Below, piece after piece: positions 42,745-49,468 of a stretch of 49,468 bases of DNA; the first letter of the stretch is position 1; each line of letters begins with the position of its first letter. The stretch lies in contig QMWL02000001.1 of the NCBI GenBank assembly GCA_003661605.2, positions 1-49,468 on the forward strand. The letters are read 5' to 3'. This DNA is from an archaeon. GTDB taxonomy: Archaea; Thermoproteota; QMWL01. The translations under genes were made by a program, and so were the position numbers. Below the pieces are notes generated by a model that searched no databases, was not told where the DNA came from, and saw only the letters and a program-made list of their open reading frames with translations.

Positions 42745-45700
42745 GTGTCTGGACGCATTCTCAGCGTCCGTGTGCGCAACTTCAAAGTATTTGGACCTCG
42801 AACCACTTGTTTCCAGCCTGCCTCTGGACTCACACTCCTTATTGGACCCAACGGTCAGGGTAAAAGCTCCCTCCTACAAGCTACTATTCTACCTCTAGGA
42901 ATCAACATACGCCGTGTTTTACGTCTGCTTGGCGTTGGTAGCGTCATCGATCTATTCCATAGGAAGGAAGACCGAGTTGCGCGAAAGATCTCCGTGGAAA
43001 TCGCTTTTGACAACGCTGACCGGTTCTTCCCCATAGATTCCGATCAAGTCGTTATCCGCCGAGTTCTCACACGGTCAGAAGGCGGTGTTGAAGCTAGCAA
43101 GTTCTACCTCAACGGGCGCCGCGTTCAAGCTTATGTCGTACAAAACCTCCTTCACCGCGCGGGAATAGACCCCACAGGGTTCAACATCGTCCCCCAAGGT
43201 GCTATCGTCGAAATCGCAAACAAAGACTCCGAAGAACTTGCTGCGTACATTCGCAGTCTTGCTGGCATTGAAGAATTCGAGGAACGGCGACGACGTGCTG
43301 AGAAGCGCCTCGCAGAGGCCGAACAGCACCTACGCGAGCTACGAGGTCGAAGAGCGGGCGAAGAACGCTTTGTCCTTACTCTATCCCGCGATCTAGTAGT
43401 TGCACAACGAAGACAGCTAACCGAACGGCTCCTCAGCATGATCGAAACCGCGCTCCTTCTCCATGAGAGGAACGCACTCAGTGCTCAGATCGAAGACCGC
43501 GAACGCCACGCTCGAGAGTTGGAGGAGAACCTGAAAGTTCTTCGAGAGCAGATCCAAGCTATACGCCAGGAGATAAACGGTCTCCAGCGCCAGCTACAGC
43601 AAACGCTACCTAGCATTGAAACCGACCTCGCACAAATCGACCTTGATCTACAACGCCTACGCGGAGAGCGTTCAAACCTAGAAGACCAAATACGTAGCGT
43701 AAACGCAGACCTAGAGCACTTAAACCAGCGAATCGATGCGGTTCGAAGAGAGAAGCAGCAAGTTAATAATGAACGTGAGGCGCGTCTTCAAGAGATCAAC
43801 CAACTGCTAGAGAAGCAAGACCAGTTAGTTAAACAGGTAGAATGCCTCGAAAAGAGTATTGCACAGCTTCGCGATCGTGAAAATTCGCTCATAAACTTGC
43901 TTTCCTCTGGTACCGGGGAGAGAACTCAGCTCGAACAACAGCTACAGGACGTGGAGAAACAGCTTCGTGAAGCGCGTAACCGCCTTTCAAGACTTCAAAC
44001 ACGCCTCGAAGCCCGAGAAGCCGTAGTCCGCGACCTTGAGTCTCGTATATCTGACATCGACCTCGAACTATCTACTCTTCGCGAACAGCTACAGGATCTA
44101 CGTGACGCTATCTCGCATCAGCAACGAGCACTAAATCTCTCTGAGAAACGGCTGACACAGCTTCGTGAACGATACGCTCGAGCCCACACTTTGCTAAACG
44201 ACGCTCGTGAAGCTCTCTCTACGGCGCGAATCCTCGTCATGTCCATCGATGCTCAACGCTCCATAGTAGAAAACCTCGCCACCGCTCAGCAAGCGCGACA
44301 GCGGTTACTCGAACTCGCACGTGCAGGCATCATACCTGGGGTTCTCGGTGTTTTACGCGATCTCATCAAAGTACTGCCTAGACACAAGCCTCTGATAGAA
44401 GCCGTTCTACGAGACTGGCTCGACGCCTATGTTGTCGAAGACCTCAACGCTGCTTCCCAGCTACTTGCTTACGCCAAGCGTATGCAAGCTGGGCGTATTA
44501 TCGCAATTCCTGTATCGCTAACAAAGCGCCTTCGCCCCCCACCTCCTCCAAAGCACCCTGCAATCATCGCTACCGCCGATAAGCTAGTACGTGCTTCAGC
44601 TCAGATACAACCCGTAGTTCGCTTTCTTTTAGGAGGCGTGGTTTTCGTTTCCTCTCCTAAAGCAGCTGCAGAGCTTGCTCAGAAGGGATACACTGCGATA
44701 ACGAGAGACGGTGTAGTGTATACCGCTAGCGCTGTTGCAACAGGGTCTCCCAGCAAACTACAGTCTCTACCTAAACTACCCATCCTCACCCTAAAGCGTG
44801 TGAAGAAACTGGTTAAACGGCTTGAACGGCTTACGGTAGACCGGAAGCGCCTCATAGCCGATCTGAAGCGCGCTATCGAAGAAGAAGAGAAGTCTATTGA
44901 AACCCAACGTCAGTCTCTGGCGAAGTTACAAGCGGACTTTGACCGCCTACAAACCACGCTACAGCGATCCGAAGCGCGCCGCGACCGCTTAGCCAAAAAA
45001 CTGGCTTCTGAACGTGCGGTTCTCGTAAAGCTAAGACGAGAATGTAATCAGACAGCAGCTAGAGTTGCAGCACTGGAAAGCCGGTATGCACAGCTGTCTC
45101 AACGTCTTGCGAACCTAAACCCTGAGCGAATTGAAAGGGAGATTCGAGGCGTTCGTGCACGCATCGAGCAACTCAAGGGTCAATTACGCAGTACGCGCCT
45201 CCAGATTGAAGATATAAGGAAAAAGATCGAGGATCTTCGCCGCATTGACTTACGGCTTCGGACGTGTGCAGAGTCCCTCTTCGCCACAGAGCAACAGCTA
45301 GGGCAGCGAAGAAACGAGCTTCAGAATAAGCGCCGCCGCCTTCTTCGCAGCCTTCAGGTCTTGGTGGATCAGGAAAAGCGTTTGGAGGAGAGACGTACTG
45401 CTCTCCTCAAGCTTCGTGAGGATGCTATAAGTGGTCGATGGCAGTTAATTGAACTCCTAAACAAGCGACAAGAGGAGTTTCAAACACTAGACAGCAAGTA
45501 CCGCTCTCTCTTGGCCGAGCAAACGCGGCTACTTACTCAGGTGAACTATGACCGCGACCAGCTCCATCGTCTCGATCAAAAGCTCCATGAATCTGCTTTC
45601 CTAGAGTCCGCTACAGAACTACTAGCCACACACGACCCTGATTTCCTCAAGAAGCTCAAAGCACTACTTCACCGCGAGTTACGAGAAATAGGTCCCGTAA

Positions 45701-46320
45701 ACGAGCGAGCTTTCGAAGAGTATAATCGTAATCTCCCCGGGTTCAAAAAACTATCTGAGCGACTTCGCGAACTAGAAGAGGAATGTAACGCCATTCGGCA
45801 GCTGATCGAGCGCATCGAACAAGAAAAACACCAGACTGTTCGAAGCATCGTTGACAGAATAAGCCACCACTTCGCTCGCTACCTGCGCGAGTTCTTCCCA
45901 AACAGTTCTGCGCGGCTCTTCTTCGAAGATCCCCAGCACCCTGCCGACTCACCTATCTCCATCCGCGTGCGTATAGGCGATAAACCCGAGATGAGCCTCA
46001 TGGCCTGCAGCGGCGGCGAGAAGGTTATCACAGCGATCTGCTTGATTCTCGCGTTTCAAGAACTATTCCCCGCCCCCTTCTACATCTTCGACGAGATCGA
46101 CGCTGGTCTCGATGCTCGTAATGCTGAGATCCTAGCTCGTTTGATCCGTCAGCTCGCTGATAGGTCCCAGGTCATAATTGTGTCTCACCGAGGTCGCGAA
46201 CTTGCACGACTTGCTGACAAGATCGTAGGCGTCTTCACCGCAGATGGAAGAGCGCACCTCGTATCCGTACGCCCCGAGCAGCTTGTCCAACAAGCAGTCT
46301 CTCCCGTCACCTCGCCTTGA
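42745..46320 (+). CDS. smc: SMC chromosome segregation ATPase
   Basis: Walker A GPNGQGKSS, long heptad coiled coils, a central hinge (about aa 520-690), signature CSGGEKVITAICLILAF, and Walker B FYIFDEIDAGLD. 1191 aa. Confidence 0.93.
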   Translation: MSGRILSVRVRNFKVFGPRTTCFQPASGLTLLIGPNGQGKSSLLQATILPLGINIRRVLRLLGVGSVIDLFHRKEDRVARKISVEIAFDNADRFFPIDSDQVVIRRVLTRSEGGVEASKFYLNGRRVQAYVVQNLLHRAGIDPTGFNIVPQGAIVEIANKDSEELAAYIRSLAGIEEFEERRRRAEKRLAEAEQHLRELRGRRAGEERFVLTLSRDLVVAQRRQLTERLLSMIETALLLHERNALSAQIEDRERHARELEENLKVLREQIQAIRQEINGLQRQLQQTLPSIETDLAQIDLDLQRLRGERSNLEDQIRSVNADLEHLNQRIDAVRREKQQVNNEREARLQEINQLLEKQDQLVKQVECLEKSIAQLRDRENSLINLLSSGTGERTQLEQQLQDVEKQLREARNRLSRLQTRLEAREAVVRDLESRISDIDLELSTLREQLQDLRDAISHQQRALNLSEKRLTQLRERYARAHTLLNDAREALSTARILVMSIDAQRSIVENLATAQQARQRLLELARAGIIPGVLGVLRDLIKVLPRHKPLIEAVLRDWLDAYVVEDLNAASQLLAYAKRMQAGRIIAIPVSLTKRLRPPPPPKHPAIIATADKLVRASAQIQPVVRFLLGGVVFVSSPKAAAELAQKGYTAITRDGVVYTASAVATGSPSKLQSLPKLPILTLKRVKKLVKRLERLTVDRKRLIADLKRAIEEEEKSIETQRQSLAKLQADFDRLQTTLQRSEARRDRLAKKLASERAVLVKLRRECNQTAARVAALESRYAQLSQRLANLNPERIEREIRGVRARIEQLKGQLRSTRLQIEDIRKKIEDLRRIDLRLRTCAESLFATEQQLGQRRNELQNKRRRLLRSLQVLVDQEKRLEERRTALLKLREDAISGRWQLIELLNKRQEEFQTLDSKYRSLLAEQTRLLTQVNYDRDQLHRLDQKLHESAFLESATELLATHDPDFLKKLKALLHRELREIGPVNERAFEEYNRNLPGFKKLSERLRELEEECNAIRQLIERIEQEKHQTVRSIVDRISHHFARYLREFFPNSSARLFFEDPQHPADSPISIRVRIGDKPEMSLMACSGGEKVITAICLILAFQELFPAPFYIFDEIDAGLDARNAEILARLIRQLADRSQVIIVSHRGRELARLADKIVGVFTADGRAHLVSVRPEQLVQQAVSPVTSP

Positions 46321-47045
46321 ACGCGCGGTTTGTGATCCCGGAGGACGCTCCCTATATCATTCTTGTACGCCCTGAGCGGATACAGCGTTCGCGCATATGG
46401 AAGATCAAGCTGCGATTCCTCCTCGAACGCTTTTGGGAGGACATGCAGGCTACTACTGGCATCGATTACGTAACCACCGGTATCGTTGTCGAGACTTCTA
46501 GCCTCATCTACTACGAGAAGGTGAAGCGTATCTTCCAACCTGACGAACCTCCGCCCCGACGCTCTCGTCGCGCTCTTGAAGACTTCATTCCTCCTCCCGT
46601 ACCTTTCCCCTACATCTCTCCCTACACGTCCTTCTTCCGCAGCCTTCCCATCAGCGAGTACCTTCGAATGATTGAGGAACTCCTACACCGCGAAAACCTG
46701 GTCGTACGCAGCGCACGCCCCTTCGTTAAGACAAAACCTGAAGACGTTCTACAGCTCATTGAGCACATCGATCGAATCGAAGCTCAGCGCTTCCAACAGT
46801 TCCTTACACGCTTCGAAACCGAGCTTCTCGGCATACTTGAAGCTCAGCCAATTGTCCTACTCTCAGAAGTGCTATCCCGATTAGGTCTTCTCAGCACTAA
46901 ACCAGATCTGTTCACCCCTCTTCTCGCGTGCCTCTTCCTAGCGTCTGAGGGGAAGATCTGGCTACTCGCGCTCGACGATGAAACGGATCTAATTATCTGC
47001 CACCCTGACCTAGCTCCAGAAGAAGAGGACGCACTAGACGGCTGA
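46317..47045 (+). CDS. scpA: Segregation and condensation protein A (kleisin ScpA)
   Basis: Called mainly from position (TTGA overlap with the smc stop, followed by scpB), size (242 aa) and a C-terminal winged-helix-like region. Sequence motifs are weak by eye. Confidence 0.7.
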   Translation: MNARFVIPEDAPYIILVRPERIQRSRIWKIKLRFLLERFWEDMQATTGIDYVTTGIVVETSSLIYYEKVKRIFQPDEPPPRRSRRALEDFIPPPVPFPYISPYTSFFRSLPISEYLRMIEELLHRENLVVRSARPFVKTKPEDVLQLIEHIDRIEAQRFQQFLTRFETELLGILEAQPIVLLSEVLSRLGLLSTKPDLFTPLLACLFLASEGKIWLLALDDETDLIICHPDLAPEEEDALDG

Positions 47046-47650
47046 TGAGACAAGAACAAGAAGTACCGAAAGACGCCCTACAACGCATCGAAGCTTGCTT
47101 GTACGCAGCAGGTCGCCCTATTGACATCGCTACCCTTACTCGAGTAGCTGGACTCTCCTCCAGGCGCATCACTCGCAAACTGGTGGCTGAGCTTGCACAG
47201 CGTTACCGCCGATCAGGCTCAGCTCTCGAAATCGCCGAGCTTCCAGGTAGTCGTTTTGTTATGCGCGTCCGTGCCCCTTACTCGGAGTACGCGCGTCGCG
47301 TTGCACGTGACCTTGTTCTAAGCCGCGGTGCAATACGAACCTTGCTCTACATTGCCTACAAATATGCGCAAGCAGGTCAACCAGTCAAACGCGCACTCAT
47401 CACTCGTGTTGTAGGACCCTCCGCTTACCGTCACATCGAGCGTCTTCGCCTGTATGGACTCATCGTAACAAAGCGCCATGGACGCACGCTTGAAATCGCC
47501 CCAAGCCCTCGGTTCTACGACCTGTTCTCACTAGACCCGCAGAAACCCCTCCTCCCTCAGCTTCGCCGCCTCTTCACAAAGGCTGGTATCACACCGCCAA
47601 GTCGTGCACCAAGCGAAGCAGGCGCATCCAGCAGTCAGAGCAAAACGTAG
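47045..47650 (+). CDS. scpB: Segregation and condensation protein B (ScpB)
   Basis: IEACLYAAGRPIDIATL is the typical ScpB N-terminus. Two WH-like repeats. The start overlaps the scpA stop (TGATG). Confidence 0.8.
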   Translation: MRQEQEVPKDALQRIEACLYAAGRPIDIATLTRVAGLSSRRITRKLVAELAQRYRRSGSALEIAELPGSRFVMRVRAPYSEYARRVARDLVLSRGAIRTLLYIAYKYAQAGQPVKRALITRVVGPSAYRHIERLRLYGLIVTKRHGRTLEIAPSPRFYDLFSLDPQKPLLPQLRRLFTKAGITPPSRAPSEAGASSSQSKT

Positions 47651-48176
47651 ATCCCTTCCGATACAGCTCGAAGGGCGAGTTTGAAAACCGCATTACACAG
47701 TCCCAGCGCTCACAGTGCGGTAACCCAACTGTATGTCCGAACTCGTGTACTACAACCTTACCCAGCTGCTGTGCGAAGAACTGCTTGTCTTCAGGCAAGT
47801 AGCGGCTCATCTCAGGTAGTGCTTCCCAGAAACTTGGGTGAATTCTAGCACTTGAGATAACTGCTGCACCCCGTGTAGCTAGTCCAAAGATGTAGTTCAT
47901 TCCTCGAGTATAAATATCAACAGAGGTTAGCAGGAGAACTACGCTACCAGGTGTCCACATCTGCTGTGGTACCGTTAGTAAGTCGTCTGCAAGATACTGA
48001 TACTTCCCACGCCAAGGCTCAACGCGCCGCCGAACTCCTGTTGGAAAACCAACCGCACCTCCGTCCACCACTCTAACAACGCTACCAACTACCCGATCAA
48101 GCGCAAGTAGAGCGAAGCCCTTCTCCTCGTTCGGAACCTCTCGTGTGTGAACTAGGACCGCGCGAAGGCTACTCAA
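47589..48176 (-). CDS. amzA: Archaemetzincin (Zn metallopeptidase)
   Basis: HEFGHTVGLPHCERWDCVMRFSNS plus CSDC, the archaemetzincin HExxHxxGxxHC...CxM signature with a second Zn site. Confidence 0.88.
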   Translation of the reverse strand: MSSLRAVLVHTREVPNEEKGFALLALDRVVGSVVRVVDGGAVGFPTGVRRRVEPWRGKYQYLADDLLTVPQQMWTPGSVVLLLTSVDIYTRGMNYIFGLATRGAAVISSARIHPSFWEALPEMSRYLPEDKQFFAQQLGKVVVHEFGHTVGLPHCERWDCVMRFSNSPFELYRKGSTFCSDCWMRLLRLVHDLAV

Positions 48177-48987
48177 CGGGAATGGGGCGTCCTATGTCAT
48201 CGCGACGAATGCGTGCGAATTCGTTGATCCGTCGGAGGATACGCAACGGTACCACGGGTCCATCTCTACAGACGCGCAACCAACCCAGCTGACAGGACCC
48301 GCAGATCCCCACACCACACTTGATGTAGCGTTCGACAGAAGCCTCCCCAGGAACTCCCGCCTCCTGCGCGAGGTCCGCCACCGCTGCGATCATCTTCTCA
48401 GGACCACACACATAGAGGTAATCGAAGTTCTTAAGATCCATATCCCGAAGCGCATCAACAACCGTTCCCTTAACACCCACACTTCCATCCTCTGTACACG
48501 CTACGTAGCGGACGGCTCTTCGACGATTAAGTTGCTGCAACCAGCGGTGGTAAATCAGCTCCTGACTAGAAGCTCCTCCCAACACCACTGTACATCGTGT
48601 TCGACGCGTTACGAACCTCCTAATTAGAGGTCGTAGCGGTGCGATACCTGTCCCCCCTCCTACAATCAGGGGCTTCTTGCTTCGGAGCGAAAACCCTCGA
48701 CCAAACGGACCCCGTATCACTATTCTATCTCCAACTCGTAATTGCCGCATCGCGCGAGTCGTATCACCTACTTCCCGAACGGTAATGCCTGAAAGCCCCT
48801 CCTCGTTGATGAACGCTAGCGACATAGGCACCTCCTCATAACCCAGTAGCCAAACCATAACGAACTGCCCTGGTGAGGCACACGCACACAACGAGTCCCG
48901 AAACAGGATCGAGGTCACAGTAGGCGTTTCTCTCACTACCTGATCGATTCTCACCACCCTTCGTGCATTATTCTGTACGTAACTCAC
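48169..48987 (-). CDS. pyrK: Dihydroorotate dehydrogenase electron-transfer subunit (FAD/NAD, 2Fe-2S)
   Basis: FNR-like fold (VPMSL, GPFG, VGGGTGIAP) and a C-terminal 2Fe-2S motif CGVGICGSCQL. Confidence 0.85.
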   Translation of the reverse strand: MSYVQNNARRVVRIDQVVRETPTVTSILFRDSLCACASPGQFVMVWLLGYEEVPMSLAFINEEGLSGITVREVGDTTRAMRQLRVGDRIVIRGPFGRGFSLRSKKPLIVGGGTGIAPLRPLIRRFVTRRTRCTVVLGGASSQELIYHRWLQQLNRRRAVRYVACTEDGSVGVKGTVVDALRDMDLKNFDYLYVCGPEKMIAAVADLAQEAGVPGEASVERYIKCGVGICGSCQLGWLRVCRDGPVVPLRILRRINEFARIRRDDIGRPIPVE

Positions 48988-49079
48988 GCCATCGCCCTAT
49001 TCCTCTCTCTATAAAGACCTACTCAAATCTCGAACTCGTTTACGCCTCCTCCAAAGCTGCGTTAGAATCAGATGATATG

Positions 49080-49468
49080 CTACCTGATAAGCACCGCGTT
49101 GATTACACCGTCTTGACCTGGTCGAGAAGTTACCCGTGCGTTCCCGAGCTCTGTCCTGATAATTGTCCCCTTTGTGATAATCTTAAGCCGGTCAAGAATG
49201 CGGTCTGCTGGATTCGAAACCACCCCCAGAATTCGCACTTTCTTACACTCTCCTGTCTCTGGATCAACGACGTTTGCATACGCGGCGCGAAGCAACCGTA
49301 TTTTTCGTCCTCCCCCCTTAGTCCGAATAAGCCTCCGAACCTCCTCTGCTGCTAGCTTTGTAAGCGTCGGATCACGCCCCAGCTCGTACTTACGCTTCTT
49401 TCGATACGGCACTCTACGCCCGCCAGTTTTCTTCCTCCGCTTATGTAGGTCGCTATGCCACTGCGGCA
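49080..49468 (-). CDS. rps8e: 30S ribosomal protein S8e; the 5' end runs off the window
   Basis: The frame continues upstream of the listed start (actually a GTG) to the window edge: ...[31 protein letters not shown].... [12 protein letters not shown] and the C-terminal GVINAVLIR are typical of eS8. Confidence 0.9.
   Translation of the reverse strand, partial: PQWHSDLHKRRKKTGGRRVPYRKKRKYELGRDPTLTKLAAEEVRRLIRTKGGGRKIRLLRAAYANVVDPETGECKKVRILGVVSNPADRILDRLKIITKGTIIRTELGNARVTSRPGQDGVINAVLIR

Noticed and set aside
49064-49088. CAGATGATATGCTACCTGATAAG (GATGATA ... CTGA) between pyrK and rps8e
   Set aside because: The spacing is too short for a C/D sRNA, and it overlaps the S8e stop codon. A K-turn-like element cannot be judged by eye.
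48963-49355. 130-aa plus-strand ORF
   Set aside because: It is antisense to ribosomal protein S8e, whose identity is clear.
1-49468. CRISPR arrays, transposases, IS elements, and restriction-modification or other defence cassettes
   Set aside because: Reading the window I saw no regularly spaced direct repeats. No ORF has transposase, integrase, Cas or nuclease-methylase signatures. Essentially all coding space is accounted for by housekeeping genes.

Overview
This is a very densely coded (about 95% coding) core-chromosome segment of an archaeon. The archaeal assignment rests on Nop5 and fibrillarin, TFB, Pelota, SRP19, Gar1, ribosomal protein S8e, a class I CCA-adding enzyme, archaemetzincin, and a tRNA-Tyr with a bulge-helix-bulge (BHB) intron and a C1-G72 pair. 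An RPC34/TFE-beta-like gene next to tfb suggests a TACK/Thermoproteota-type lineage. Arg/Leu/Glu-rich proteins and GC-rich tRNA stems suggest a thermophile.

Gene content is mostly information processing and RNA maturation:
- Translation and RNA quality control: an SF2 helicase, Pelota, RNase HII and RNase Z.
- tRNA and rRNA modification: a TtuA-like thiolase, Trm1, Trm11 and RlmE.
- RNA end processing: the CCA-adding enzyme and ThpR.
- RNP and transcription factors: Nop5, fibrillarin, Gar1, SRP19, TFB and the TFE-beta-like protein.
- Chromosome and nucleotide metabolism: smc-scpA-scpB, class II (B12) ribonucleotide reductase with a corrinoid adenosyltransferase, PyrD/PyrK, Prs and MTAP.
- Central metabolism and other: UppS, both subunits of ADP-forming acetyl-CoA synthetase, and three PflA/NrdG-like radical SAM proteins.
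- Three tRNAs.

I found no CRISPR array, transposase, integrase or obvious defence system.

The most interesting unexplained structure is an 816-nt coiled-coil reading frame (36382-37197). It fills the only large hole in the ORF track and contains no ATG, GTG or TTG codon in frame. Other items worth a second look:
- a candidate C/D box sRNA between two tRNA genes;
- a tRNA-Gly whose anticodon loop carries C at position 33;
- a poly-Lys N-terminal extension on the TFE-beta-like protein;
- a lower-GC block (cobA-nrdJ-wHTH-GT4 plus two small colinear helical ORFs) abutting a tRNA;
- several tightly coupled operons of partly unknown function (thpR-cca-kinase, and a PP-loop ATPase with an orphan POR-gamma-like protein).

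All functional calls come from motif recognition by eye. No database search was run.
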